Assembly (NCBI GenBank): GCA_045645065.1
Contig: JAZRIB010000005.1
Location: forward strand, 125,917-189,916
Source: Candidatus Enterousia sp.
Lineage (GTDB): Bacteria > Pseudomonadota > Alphaproteobacteria > Rs-D84
Length of the DNA: 64,000 nucleotides
Direction of reading: 5' to 3'
The position numbers and the translations under genes were made by a program. The notes under the pieces are model-generated. The model was not told the origin of the DNA, made no database searches, and saw nothing but the letters and a program-made list of their open reading frames with translations. Positions within the stretch are counted from its first letter, which is position 1; each line of letters opens with the position of its first letter. Positions 10,701 through 19,938 of the stretch are shown piece after piece.

Positions 10701-11191
10701 TAAATTTTAGCCTGGGCGTCTTGGGCATTCAGAATTGCCATACCGATTGGGCCTAAATGCGCCCCCGACAGGCAAATCAGTCCATCACTGTGCGACTGTA
10801 ATTCGTCTGTTGTAATATATGGTCCCAAATGATGATTTTCCCCGCGCATATACATAATGCGATTCAGTTCGCAAAGATTCAAGTAACCGGCATGATTCTG
10901 GGCTAATAATACAATTCGCGACAACGATTCAGAACGCAGGATTTTTGGATCTGCGCTGTGATGATTAAGTGATATTTCAACACCAATAATCGGTTGAACT
11001 TTATTTTTCGGCATAACGTCAGAAAATTCCGCGCACCCCGACATCAGGTTTGTGTCTGTCAATGCGCACGCCGACATTCCCGCCGCAATACACAACGCCG
11101 GAATTTCTTTGATTTTTAACGTACTTGCGCCCACAGAAAATCGCGAATGAGTTCTAAGATGAATGAATTGCTTTTCCATGCCCAAAACCAT
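7769..11191 (-). CDS. dnaE: DNA polymerase III alpha subunit
   Basis: 1140 aa with a PHP-domain start (FIHLRTHSRFSVGAS), NDVCF, GRGSGAGSIVAWALGITNVDP, FDFLGL and the NKSHAIAYS region. An alternative ATG lies at 11179. Confidence 0.97.
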   Translation of the reverse strand: MVLGMEKQFIHLRTHSRFSVGASTLKIKEIPALCIAAGMSACALTDTNLMSGCAEFSDVMPKNKVQPIIGVEISLNHHSADPKILRSESLSRIVLLAQNHAGYLNLCELNRIMYMRGENHHLGPYITTDELQSHSDGLICLSGAHLGPIGMAILNAQDAQAKIYAKQLLEIFGNRFYIEIQRHGLENEIKTEPMFLEIARELNIPIVATNDVCFASDSDYEPADALGCVLGQTKVIDPERPRKSSEQYFKSTEQMWEIFSDLPEACENTYKIAQRCGFMVNVHEKPLLPRFGDDLETECQMLRDNTMNGLKRRLEQHGITDTTPYYEQAEFELGVIIGMGFPGYFLIVADYIDWCRNNDVLTGPGRGSGAGSIVAWALGITNVDPLKYGLLFERFLNPDRISMPDFDVDFEPTGIERVLSYVCDKYGHDSVCRIITFGSLQARGAIRDIGRVYGLPYSKSDKLSKLIPQDAKTLKDAVSVSTEIQDILSQDEDMNKVVTVAEELEGSLRNLGQHACGVVIGDRPTTKIAPVYRDPANPLPSCQYDGKYLEKSGLIKFDFLGLETLVVLKYATRLIQQTRGINIDLDQIPTDDEKTMRLWQQGLTEGIFQFDATFVQQTLRKMHPTSFLEISALNALNRPGPIAFIPQFIARMHGEEPIEYVHPRAEPILKETYGIIVYQEQVMQLTRALAGFTRGQSDNVRKAMGKKIIAMLDELEGKFYEGCEKEGTLDRATAKDLWEKFKEFAKYAFNKSHAIAYSIVANQCAYLKANYTPEFLAASMSSNLNDTDQLAIFVDDAKTNFNIQIVPPDINQSESLFTVRDGKIIYGLAALKGVGTAATDLIVAERNANGKFKNLTDFAKRCAHIMNKRILEAFAKVGVLDSLEPNRAAIYMNADAILLYAAKSKESASALSLFANTVEDDVAEDRLHKNLPKTAPWTFNQKLENELSALGFYISAHPLDQYKGLIARTGLATSATLEALGDRKSVQIAVNVNSFSRRRTKTGKEMITINASDSYGNIDAVSFGDSAIEFSQILSTETVVILSGKTSARDDRVSIFVDSIIPLSQWVAKIARKISLDIWDASALADVKKALVALAPGHTRVELNLHGADKVATMMLPGGVELGATTATDIAALGVKVEVE

Positions 11192-11260
11192 AGCAAATTA
11201 CCCAGATGCAATCAACCCAATATTTAGATAAAAACAAAAAAATAATCGCCAGATATGCGA

Positions 11261-11977
11261 TTATTTTGTATGTCTTTGTTTATACCGATTCCAGTGCTTC
11301 AAAAATATAATTGTATCGGTTGTTGGATTATTTGCAATAGACAATGTGTCCCAGTCAATCACAGACAGTATTTTTAAATTATCATCAAATAAAAAATTTA
11401 ACCTATTCAAGTCAAAGTGCGCTAAAACCTGCTTTGGATGTTTACATTCAACTTCTTTGGTGCGTAGTTGCATGCTGTCCATAAAACGCTCTTTGTTTGG
11501 TATTTCATCTACTTTGATACGTTGTAATTGTCGTATAATCCCATGAACCTGTTTTAATATGTATTCTGAATTTTCCAATACATAATTTGGATTAAAATCA
11601 TCAATTGATTTTCCAGGTACACGTTCAGAAACATACATAGGAATTCTTTTGTGCACAATCACATGTGGCATTGTGATTTTCATACGATTTGCCACATAAT
11701 TTGACAAGAATTCAAAATCCTTTAAGCGTTTGTGTGTAACATTTCTAAAAACTTTTACAAAATAAGTATCGTTAACAACACACACCATTCTGTTGAGTGT
11801 GTTTTGTCGTATAAAACAAATTGATTTTATACGCACCCCAAAGGTCTTTTTAACAAATCTTGCAATCACAGGACGAAACAAAAACACATTGATTTTTCCG
11901 CGCCACTTATGTCGATTTCTGGAACCATAAATAAAGCATGCCATAAAATTGCTAATAACAAACGGTATTTTATGCAT
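11261..11977 (-). CDS. Aminoglycoside/choline-kinase-like phosphotransferase (APH family) protein
   Basis: C-terminal VLAHFDLNRLNFLFDDN...SVIDWD matches the HxDxxxxN catalytic loop plus the (I/V)DWD metal-binding motif of APH/ChoK-type kinases. The ORF-track start 12019 is a GTG; ATG 11977 was chosen. The stretch looks very AT-rich. Confidence 0.55.
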   Translation of the reverse strand: MHKIPFVISNFMACFIYGSRNRHKWRGKINVFLFRPVIARFVKKTFGVRIKSICFIRQNTLNRMVCVVNDTYFVKVFRNVTHKRLKDFEFLSNYVANRMKITMPHVIVHKRIPMYVSERVPGKSIDDFNPNYVLENSEYILKQVHGIIRQLQRIKVDEIPNKERFMDSMQLRTKEVECKHPKQVLAHFDLNRLNFLFDDNLKILSVIDWDTLSIANNPTTDTIIFLKHWNRYKQRHTK

Positions 11978-12061
11978 CTGTTTCTCTTTTTTTGTTTGCT
12001 GTGATAATAATACAAACACACCGTCCGCTTCAAGGAAAACTTTCTTATATCTTTTAAAAAA

Positions 12062-12090
12062 GAAAACCCGAAAAAATTTCGGGTTATTTG
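12062..12090 (-). terminator. Rho-independent terminator after secA
   Basis: Stem CCCGAAA (12067-12073) / TTTCGGG (12077-12083). On the minus strand it is followed by TTTTCT. Confidence 0.65.
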
Positions 12091-14703
12091 TTATTGTAGT
12101 TTACCACAACAATGCTTGTATTTTTTTCCAGAACCACACGGACATGGTGCATTACGGCGACTGTCCCCAGTTGCCTGATTTAAATTTGCATCACGTTCTG
12201 CACGTTGTTTTTCTGTGGCATTTACATCTTCGCGTGTTAATTCCATACGGCTGATATAAGAAATAGACATAATCTTAAAGTTATTAACCGTATTTTTGAA
12301 CAATTCCAACGCTTCACGTTTGTATTCATACAGTGGATTTTTCTGGGCATAACCACGTAAACCGATTGCGCTTTGCAGATAATCCATTTGTTGCAGATGC
12401 TTTTTCCAGACCGCATCCAATGCCCCCAGCATCATTTGACGTGATGCCATTTGCATCAATTCTGGACCATATTTTGTTGCCTGGTTTTGGTAACGACGTA
12501 TTGCCAGATTGACCAATGTTTCATACGCCTTGCGTTCTGTGATGTTTTCATCTGTTTTCCATTTTTCAATGTCTGTGATATCCAACGCGAACACACGCAT
12601 CATTGCATCGTGAATACCTTTGACATTCCAGTCCATCTGGTGTGCTTTTTCTGGGATATGATGTTCGCAAATCATTTCCACGACATCACCAATCATTTCA
12701 TGTGCCAACGGTGTCAGATTATCAGACGTCATCAAATCGTCGCGTTGTTTATAAATAACAGTACGCTGTTCGTTTGCTACGTCATCGTATTTCAGCAATT
12801 CTTTACGCGCTTCAAAATAGCGTGCCTCTACACGTTTTTGCGCTTTTTCTAAGGCTTTTGTAATCCACGGGTGTGTGATTGCTTCACCTGTTTTCAACCC
12901 CAATGTCGTTAACATACCTTGCAAACGTGCCGCGCCAAAGATACGCATCAAATCATCGTCCAACGCCAGAAAGAACTTGGAATCCCCAGGGTCACCTTGA
13001 CGACCGGAACGACCGCGCAACTGATTATCGATACGACGTGATTCATGACGTTCTGTACCAATTACATATAAGCCGCCTGCATCCAAAACCTGTTTTTTGT
13101 TTGCTTCGATTGTAGCATAGATTTCTTTTTTCTTTTCTTCAAAATCTGGGGCGTCCTTATCCAAATTTGCAATCAGTTCTTCGGCATTACCGCCCAATTT
13201 AATATCTGTACCACGACCAGCCATATTTGTAGCGATTGTAACCGCACCTGGCGCACCTGCTTGGGCAACGATTTTTGCTTCGGATTCATGGTGTTTTGCG
13301 TTCAACACAGCTGGTTCAATACCTAACTTTTTACGAACAATCTGTGCTAATTCTTCGGATTTTTCGATTGATACCGTACCAACCAAGACCGGCTGTTTAC
13401 GTTTGGTACATTCTTCGATTTGCTTAATAATAGCATCGTATTTTTCATCTTTGTTGCGATAAATTTCATCGTGATGATCGACGCGTGCAACCGGACGATT
13501 TGTTGGAATTGAAACCACCCGCAGATGATAAATTTCTTCGAATTCGGCGGCTTCTGTCATCGCTGTACCGGTCATACCAGACAATGTTGGGTACAAACGG
13601 AACAGGTTCTGGTATGAAATACTGGACACAGTCTGATTTTCAGGCTGCACTGCAACATGTTCTTTGGCTTCAATTGCCTGGTGTAACCCTTTGCCAAATC
13701 GACGCCCAGTCATAACACGTCCTGTAAATTCATCAACAATCAGGATTTCGCCGTTACGCACCACATAGTTCACGTTCTTTTGATACAAGTGATGCGCCAA
13801 CAATGATTGTTGAATATGCATTACCAACGCAGCGTTTTCAGATGCATACAAATTATCGCCAACCAACAAGCCTGATTCTTTCAATAAACGTGTTGCGCTA
13901 TCTACACCAGATTCTGTCAATGTAACATGTCTGTCTTTTTCGTCTTTGACAAAATCGTTATCACTCAGTTTTGCAACAACATCATCGACACGTGCGTACA
14001 GTTCGCTGGTGTCTTCGGCAGGGCCAGAAATAATCAACGGGGTACGTGCTTCGTCAATTAAAATACTGTCCACTTCGTCAACGATTGCATAGAAAAATGG
14101 TCGTAAAACCTGTTGTGCTTTAGAAAACTTCATATTATCGCGCAGATAATCAAACCCCAGTTCAGAATTTGTCACATATGTAATATCACAGTTATATGCT
14201 GCGCGTCTTTCTTCGTCGGTCATATCGTGCTGCACAATACCAACACTAAGCCCCAAGAAACGATAGATTTGTCCCATCCATTCTGCGTCACGCGACGCCA
14301 GATAGTCATTAACAGTAATCAAATGCGCACCTTTGCCATACAGTGCCTTCAAAAACATTGCTAATGTTGCAACCAGTGTTTTTCCTTCACCAGTTTTCAT
14401 TTCTGCGATTTGTCCGTTGGTCAAAACCATACCACCAATCATTTGCACGTTAAAATGACGCAGACCAATTGTACGAATTGACGCTTCACGTACCAGCGCA
14501 AACGCATCTGGCAAAATATCTTTTTCACGTTCACCATTATTCAAACGTTCGCGCAGGGCAACTGTCTGGGCACGCAATTCGTCATCAGTCATTGCGTGGT
14601 ATTTTGGTTCCAAGTCATTGATTAAAGATACAGTTTTATCATAAGTTTTGATGATTCTGTCATTTGCAGAACCCAATAATTTACCAATTACATTTTTTAA
14701 CAT
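12091..14703 (-). CDS. secA: Preprotein translocase ATPase SecA
   Basis: 870 aa with MKTGEGKTLVATL (Walker A), DEVDSILIDEARTPLIISG, ATNMAGRGTDIKLGG and the C-terminal zinc motif CPCGSGKKYKHCCG. Confidence 0.98.
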   Translation of the reverse strand: MLKNVIGKLLGSANDRIIKTYDKTVSLINDLEPKYHAMTDDELRAQTVALRERLNNGEREKDILPDAFALVREASIRTIGLRHFNVQMIGGMVLTNGQIAEMKTGEGKTLVATLAMFLKALYGKGAHLITVNDYLASRDAEWMGQIYRFLGLSVGIVQHDMTDEERRAAYNCDITYVTNSELGFDYLRDNMKFSKAQQVLRPFFYAIVDEVDSILIDEARTPLIISGPAEDTSELYARVDDVVAKLSDNDFVKDEKDRHVTLTESGVDSATRLLKESGLLVGDNLYASENAALVMHIQQSLLAHHLYQKNVNYVVRNGEILIVDEFTGRVMTGRRFGKGLHQAIEAKEHVAVQPENQTVSSISYQNLFRLYPTLSGMTGTAMTEAAEFEEIYHLRVVSIPTNRPVARVDHHDEIYRNKDEKYDAIIKQIEECTKRKQPVLVGTVSIEKSEELAQIVRKKLGIEPAVLNAKHHESEAKIVAQAGAPGAVTIATNMAGRGTDIKLGGNAEELIANLDKDAPDFEEKKKEIYATIEANKKQVLDAGGLYVIGTERHESRRIDNQLRGRSGRQGDPGDSKFFLALDDDLMRIFGAARLQGMLTTLGLKTGEAITHPWITKALEKAQKRVEARYFEARKELLKYDDVANEQRTVIYKQRDDLMTSDNLTPLAHEMIGDVVEMICEHHIPEKAHQMDWNVKGIHDAMMRVFALDITDIEKWKTDENITERKAYETLVNLAIRRYQNQATKYGPELMQMASRQMMLGALDAVWKKHLQQMDYLQSAIGLRGYAQKNPLYEYKREALELFKNTVNNFKIMSISYISRMELTREDVNATEKQRAERDANLNQATGDSRRNAPCPCGSGKKYKHCCGKLQ

Positions 14704-14883
14704 ACTTCTTTCCTTATTTTATCACGAAATTTATAGCAATTTCGCACCTTTCAGTCAAGTTACTTTATGATATAGTGACGACTTTTGAAATAAGCAAGGA
14801 CTAAATTTGAAAAAAATGAAAAAAAACGACTGATTTATATCCGAAATTATGATACTTTTACAGAAAACCAAGGGATTTTTATC

Positions 14884-15099
14884 ATGCGCGAACCGGTACA
14901 AGAATTGAACATCAACGATATAACCAGTGAAATTTATACAATTGCGCCAACGCAATTGGATTATATTGCGAAATTATTTGGCGATACCGTTGCAGACACA
15001 ATGAATATGCGCACATTTGCACCCAAAATTCGTCAAATTGCACGTGCTGCGTTAAATCATGCGTTAAAATCCGCACGCACCCAAGGGGCCAAGAAATAA
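14884..15099 (+). CDS. Hypothetical 71-aa protein
   Basis: ATG is preceded by AAGGGA about 8 nt upstream. It occupies otherwise empty space between secA and rnpB. No recognisable motif. Confidence 0.35.
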   Translation: MREPVQELNINDITSEIYTIAPTQLDYIAKLFGDTVADTMNMRTFAPKIRQIARAALNHALKSARTQGAKK

Positions 15100-15151
15100 A
15101 AAAACTATAAAAATATTGAAAACCGTAATTTTCCTGATAAAATATCTTTCC

Positions 15152-15482
15152 GTACGACACACAGGGTATGGCGTCTGGCGACTTAGCCAGAATGAGGAAA
15201 GTCCGGACTGCTTGGGACAGCACACCGGCTAATATACCGGGCGGGGCGACCCGACGATTAGAGCAACAGTGACGTAAACGATTAAATTCGAGTGAAACGG
15301 GCAATCTCTGTGCGCAGCAACTTCAAATAGGCTCCCTATATGTGTCCCTCATCGGGGGCGGGTAGAAGGCTTGACAATTGTGGTAACACAAATTGCAGAT
15401 TAATCATATCCACTACCATTACTTGGTTTCCGACAGAAACTGGGTTTTCGGCAGGACAAAATCCGGCTTATCGTGTGTCTGC
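15152..15482 (+). ncRNA. rnpB: RNase P RNA, bacterial type A
   Basis: Conserved GAGGAAAGUCCGG at 15194-15206, GGGUAGAAGGCUUGA, and ...AUCCGGCUUAUCG at 15461-15473. A P1-like pairing joins GACACAC (15156-) with GTGTGTC (15474-15480). The ends are approximate. The overlapping ORFs are spurious. Confidence 0.85.
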
Positions 15483-15512
15483 ACCGCGTCCCTACGGGGG
15501 CGCGTTTTTTAT
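15483..15512. terminator. Hairpin terminator after rnpB, shared with the convergent peptidase gene
   Basis: GCGTCCC-TAC-GGGGGCGC hairpin followed by TTTTTT (about 15485-15510). Confidence 0.6.
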
Positions 15513-16615
15513 CTGTGTTTGGTTTTGTGCATCATTTCAGCAAACAGTATGTATGCACGTTCCAATGCGGCATCGCGCCACCCAGAATCAGACGGATACC
15601 AACTTTCTGTAAGGTTATCAAATGTCTGTGGACTTATTTTTCCATGATTCAGCAAATCGTATCGTGCATCGCCCATATCCATGCGTTTGTATATTGGTGA
15701 CATAATTGGAAATTCGCCAGTGCCGATTTCGAAATCTGCCGTGTACACAGGCAAATCCGGTGTTTCATATCGTTTTTCCAAACAATCTACTAAATCGCCT
15801 AATAATACAGGGCCGTTCAATGCGCGTTCATCTGCAACGATTGGCGTTCCAGACAGCATATCAGAAAAGTATTTAGTGTTTTTATGCGCGCTGGGGTGTG
15901 ACACTAACAATTGTGCAGAAACACAACCTTTCTTGCGATAAAATCGTCCCAAACCGGTATGTAATCCAATTGATGTCAAAGATTTTGCGTCGCGCATAAT
16001 TTTATCGTAAATGCTTAACGTCATTTTGTTTTCAATCATTGGTTCTGCGCCACCATAGAACAATCCATATGGGTGCTTGTATTGGCCGAAACTTATCGCG
16101 TCCCATGCGCCATCGTTCAGATGTTTGTTTCGAAATGCTTTGATTGCGTTCTTTTTATGCACCGCATCAGGTTTAGAAAGCAATAAATCGTGCGACATTT
16201 CATACTTTGGATTCTGGGGCAGGGTTTCTTGTGATGAAAAATCAATACCAAAATTACGGTTCAAATCAACCAGACCGCCATTTTTATAATCCATAACTTC
16301 GCGCATACGGTGTTGCATGCCCCAACCGTTAATTGCGTGAATCAAAACAATAGAATATTTTTGTTTGAATTTATCAGATATATGGGGTGCAAATTTATCC
16401 ATAAAAAACAATTGTGCTGCGCTGCCAAAATATCCTTCGATACCATGAACGCCAGAATTAAAAACGATTTTATGTGGGCCATTACCGATTGTTACATATG
16501 GGATGTCGAATTTATGATTATCAGCCACACACCAAAACAAATCGCCATATTGCGATGCCTGTCTAGAAAATTTGTCCGTTGCCTGATACCAGTTCTCTGA
16601 ATAAAAATCTTTCAT
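15509..16615 (-). CDS. M14-type zinc carboxypeptidase-like protein (DUF2817-like)
   Basis: 368 aa with FNSGVHGIEGYFGS (HxxE zinc motif) and LIHAINGWG...DLNRNF, typical of the M14/succinylglutamate-desuccinylase-like fold. Confidence 0.65.
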   Translation of the reverse strand: MKDFYSENWYQATDKFSRQASQYGDLFWCVADNHKFDIPYVTIGNGPHKIVFNSGVHGIEGYFGSAAQLFFMDKFAPHISDKFKQKYSIVLIHAINGWGMQHRMREVMDYKNGGLVDLNRNFGIDFSSQETLPQNPKYEMSHDLLLSKPDAVHKKNAIKAFRNKHLNDGAWDAISFGQYKHPYGLFYGGAEPMIENKMTLSIYDKIMRDAKSLTSIGLHTGLGRFYRKKGCVSAQLLVSHPSAHKNTKYFSDMLSGTPIVADERALNGPVLLGDLVDCLEKRYETPDLPVYTADFEIGTGEFPIMSPIYKRMDMGDARYDLLNHGKISPQTFDNLTESWYPSDSGWRDAALERAYILFAEMMHKTKHR

Positions 16616-16654
16616 ATTATCGCCTTTGGTTTTCTCTCTCCCTCGGGCTACGTT

Positions 16655-17413
16655 TTACATTACTTTACCACTGGTTGGATAAAAAGTTAACTGAATTTTT
16701 TGCCATGAACTAAATTGATTTGGCGGCAACATGTCCAAGGGTTGGCATACGTTAATTGCTTCTCGTATTGTATCCAGTACATACGCAAACCCAGGGTCTT
16801 CTTCTGCGCGGGCTTCGGATTCAAACCAAACGTCATGCACAGTGCCATTACGACGCATTGTTAAATGCGCAACTGCACGAATATCTGCAATATCTGGTCG
16901 TGTTGTATCGATAACCCAGCACCGTGTCATTGCCACACGCAATGCGTCAACAACAGATACTGTCATTGTTCTGTCTAAACTGACCACATCGCGTTTAACA
17001 CGAACTATGCGTTTTTTCTTTGGTGCCGGCGTTGGTTCAATTTCTTTTTCTTTATCAGCGGGTTTTTCTTCGATTTTTTCTTCTTTTGGTTCTTCGACCA
17101 ATGTTGGTTCTTTTACCGGTTCTGGCTTCTCTTCAACAGGTTCTTTTACTGGTTCTGGCTCTGGCGTTGGTTCTGGTTCTTTTTCTGTTGATTCTGGTGC
17201 CATATCAGCGTTTGTGTTTTCCAGTTTAGTTTCATCTGCTGATATTTTTACTTCATTCAAATCTATTTCAATAATATCAATTCTGTCTGGGGCGACCATT
17301 TGTGCGCGATTTATAATGACCATAATAGACGTTACCATTATCGCCAACACCACTAGATGTCCTGCGGTGGAAATCAAAATATTTTCCAATGAAAATCGAT
17401 TGGTTTTTACCAT
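16655..17413 (-). CDS. tolA: TolA-like envelope-spanning protein
   Basis: N-terminal TM anchor, then a Pro/Glu/Lys-rich spacer with repeated EPEPVKEP units (DNA direct repeats at about 17100-17200) and a C-terminal globular domain. It lies directly downstream of tolQ-tolR. Confidence 0.7.
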   Translation of the reverse strand: MVKTNRFSLENILISTAGHLVVLAIMVTSIMVIINRAQMVAPDRIDIIEIDLNEVKISADETKLENTNADMAPESTEKEPEPTPEPEPVKEPVEEKPEPVKEPTLVEEPKEEKIEEKPADKEKEIEPTPAPKKKRIVRVKRDVVSLDRTMTVSVVDALRVAMTRCWVIDTTRPDIADIRAVAHLTMRRNGTVHDVWFESEARAEEDPGFAYVLDTIREAINVCQPLDMLPPNQFSSWQKIQLTFYPTSGKVM

Positions 17414-17426
17414 TTGTTTTTATGTC

Positions 17427-17837
17427 TTATTCTGGTTGTGTTCTCAGACCAACTTTTTGAAATCCTGCATCTTTTAATTTTCCCATCATTGACATAACAG
17501 CACCATAATTTGCGTCTGTATCGCCACTTATCATGATGGTCAGTTGTGGGTTTTCACCGCGCATTGCGATTGCGCGTGTTACAATTTCTTCTTGTGGTAA
17601 TTGCATTTCAGACAAATAGTAATTTCCCATTTTGTCCACGCTGATTTGGATTGCGTGATCGTTGCCTGTCATGGCTGATGCGCCGGCGCGTGGCAAATTC
17701 AAATCGATACCAGTCGTCATCATGGGTGTTGTTACCATAAATACCGCCAACAGCACCGTCATAACGTCAATCATCGGCGTTAATTGAATCGAAGCATCAT
17801 TGTTTCTGCGTCTTAATCTGGACATATTTGCACCCAT
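17427..17837 (-). CDS. tolR: TolR / ExbD-family protein
   Basis: ...IQLTPMIDVMTVLLAVFMVTTP... is an ExbD/TolR signature. It abuts the tolQ stop. An alternative ATG lies at 17825. Confidence 0.85.
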   Translation of the reverse strand: MGANMSRLRRRNNDASIQLTPMIDVMTVLLAVFMVTTPMMTTGIDLNLPRAGASAMTGNDHAIQISVDKMGNYYLSEMQLPQEEIVTRAIAMRGENPQLTIMISGDTDANYGAVMSMMGKLKDAGFQKVGLRTQPE

Positions 17838-18320
17838 TTATTGTTTTTGGTTTTTTACATCTTTGCATGCACATTCCAGACGATCATATAATTCATCTGC
17901 TTTTTTGGAATAAATCTGGTGTGCAATTGCTGCTGGGATTGCTGCAATCAGACCCAATGCGGTTGTTCCTAATGCGACGGCTAGCCCAGGTGCGATAACA
18001 CCGATACTTACAGACTGGTTAACGCCAATTGATGCAAACGAATCCATAACCCCCCAAACTGTTCCAAACAGCCCGATAAACGGTGAAATATACGCAACCA
18101 TAGACAAAAACCACAGGTTTTTATCAAAAGGGCGAATAAACACATCCAGATTATCGTTTGGTTTTGGTTTGTTTGGATGTTTGCGCTGATTGTGCCAAAT
18201 GCGTGCTTTTTCAACGATAACCGCCCAAGACATAATACTAAACACAACCAAGACCACCGACACAAACTGTGTCATCAGGTCGCCTGTAAACAAATTTAAC
18301 AACGAAAAATTATTATCCAT
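17838..18320 (-). CDS. tolQ: TolQ / ExbB (MotA family) proton channel, short form
   Basis: Three TM segments and the conserved SPFIGLFGTVWGVM...GLAVALGTTALGLIAAIPA motif. It is only 160 aa because the cytoplasmic loop after TM1 is short. Confidence 0.8.
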   Translation of the reverse strand: MDNNFSLLNLFTGDLMTQFVSVVLVVFSIMSWAVIVEKARIWHNQRKHPNKPKPNDNLDVFIRPFDKNLWFLSMVAYISPFIGLFGTVWGVMDSFASIGVNQSVSIGVIAPGLAVALGTTALGLIAAIPAAIAHQIYSKKADELYDRLECACKDVKNQKQ

Positions 18321-18345
18321 TCCTTTCTTTCCTTTGTTTGTATAA

Positions 18346-18720
18346 TTACATCAGCGCGCTAATAAAACCATCTGGAATCTGTTTTAGGCGCATGTCCGCC
18401 CCCAGATACGCAACTTTAAGGTTTATTATAGCACAAACATTCCCATCTTTCACGAACTTTTGTTCAACCTTTACAGATACTAATCCTGTATCTGTAATTT
18501 TTGTTTCGACGACAAAATCATCGGCTAACTTTAACGGTTGTAAATACTTGATATTTAATTCACGTACAACAAACCCGATATCGTTGTTTTCGTATGTTAT
18601 CCCACGCAACCAGTTCATTCGGGCGCGTTCCGCAATTTCCAGATAACGGGCGTGATAAACAATACCTTCTGCGTCTGTGTCGGCATATGCGATTGAAAAA
18701 GGGAATGTATGAGTCTTCAT
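18346..18720 (-). CDS. ybgC: YbgC-type acyl-CoA thioesterase (4HBT fold)
   Basis: FPFSIAYADTDAEGIVYHARYLEIAERARMNWLR is a typical 4HBT/YbgC N-terminus. It sits immediately upstream of tolQRA. Confidence 0.8.
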   Translation of the reverse strand: MKTHTFPFSIAYADTDAEGIVYHARYLEIAERARMNWLRGITYENNDIGFVVRELNIKYLQPLKLADDFVVETKITDTGLVSVKVEQKFVKDGNVCAIINLKVAYLGADMRLKQIPDGFISALM

Positions 18721-19328
18721 TCTGCAAAATCCTTGGCATTGATGCCCAGTTCGTTTTTCAATCGTTTTTCAACACATTGTTGCATTTTGTTGAATATTTC
18801 TCGTAAAACAGGTTCAAAATCAAATGTTTTTGCAAAATCGTTGCTGAAAAACATTTTCCAATAAAAACCATCTGCATATTCGCCAATGTACGATAAATCT
18901 TTGGTGCACATATGTTGTACTGCCGTATCCAGAATATCCAGTGCTTTTACCAATTTTGCTTCATTTGTTTGGCGTTCTTCGTATTCTGTAAACAGGTTCT
19001 GAATATCATCATCGTTCAAAATATTGACGATTTTATGTATAGCGACGCATTCATCGATACGCTTTTGTGCGCGTACGACACAATTTTGTTCGTGCAGTGG
19101 CACGTCGTGTGCGATTGCTTCTGGTAAATCATGCAACAGGCACAACTGATACACGCGTTCCATATCCACAGGATTTTTCAGATATGGTTTCAAAACCATT
19201 GCCATTATTGCCATGTTACACGAATGTGCCGCCACAGATTGCTTTTCCCCATCAGACATTCGGGTTAAACGGTATTCACACCCCAATTTTTCAGCAATCT
19301 GTAAAAAATCGACAATTTGTTGTGTCAT
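18717..19328 (-). CDS. HD-domain phosphohydrolase (YfbR-like 5'-nucleotidase family)
   Basis: SVAAHSCNMAIMAM...LCLLHDLPEAIAHDVP gives the H...HD...D metal-binding pattern. It overlaps the ybgC start by 4 nt. Confidence 0.7.
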   Translation of the reverse strand: MTQQIVDFLQIAEKLGCEYRLTRMSDGEKQSVAAHSCNMAIMAMVLKPYLKNPVDMERVYQLCLLHDLPEAIAHDVPLHEQNCVVRAQKRIDECVAIHKIVNILNDDDIQNLFTEYEERQTNEAKLVKALDILDTAVQHMCTKDLSYIGEYADGFYWKMFFSNDFAKTFDFEPVLREIFNKMQQCVEKRLKNELGINAKDFAE

Positions 19329-19331
19329 ATT

Positions 19332-19847
19332 CTATTTTTGTTGTTGTGGTAATGCTAATTCCTGAATCTTCTTAAGTATATTTTTATTTTCCAGATTTGT
19401 AAACCGATTTGGGATGTTTTTTTTATAATCTAACATTTTACCATTTATGCTTTTTCGTGTCGCATTCAGATACATATGTACCAAAAAATCATGTTCTTCG
19501 ATATTCTGGCACACCAGTGTGTTGCATTCCTTTAACACGCGATGTTTTATTATTGTATGTGCGCATAAATAAACTATGTTATCATTGTTGCACCAATTTA
19601 TCCACGATTGCATTGGACGTATGGCAGGTTTGGTTGATAAATCAATGTTATACACCGCAGACAAAATATCATAGAAATCTTTGTATGCATGTATATCGTC
19701 AAGATTATCTTTTATGTTTTTATATGCGTTATAAATCAATTTGTTCTGGGTCAGGGCACTTGCGGTGCATGAATACCCAAACAAATCATCCCATTGATTA
19801 GGATATGGAATACAAATACGTGCTAAATTAATCGTTTTTTTTATCAT
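19332..19847 (-). CDS. Hypothetical 171-aa protein (orphan)
   Basis: Long ORF packed tightly, 3 nt upstream of the HD-domain gene. No motif recognised. Confidence 0.55.
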   Translation of the reverse strand: MIKKTINLARICIPYPNQWDDLFGYSCTASALTQNKLIYNAYKNIKDNLDDIHAYKDFYDILSAVYNIDLSTKPAIRPMQSWINWCNNDNIVYLCAHTIIKHRVLKECNTLVCQNIEEHDFLVHMYLNATRKSINGKMLDYKKNIPNRFTNLENKNILKKIQELALPQQQK

Positions 19848-19938
19848 TATGCTTATTTCCTAATACAGGAATGCATATTTATAAAACAGAATGTTCTATA
19901 TGTCAAATAAAAGTGAACACGAACACTAAACAATATTT

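Noticed and set aside
14912-15647. ORFs overlapping the RNase P RNA region (14912-15304 minus, 15340-15612 plus, 15393-15647 plus)
   Set aside because: The region carries the conserved RNase P RNA core motifs and P1 pairing, so the ORFs are incidental.
16731-17477. 248-aa plus-strand ORF opposite tolA/tolR
   Set aside because: It is the antisense image of the Pro/Glu/Lys repeat region (giving Gly/Ser/Phe runs). The tolA context on the minus strand is coherent.
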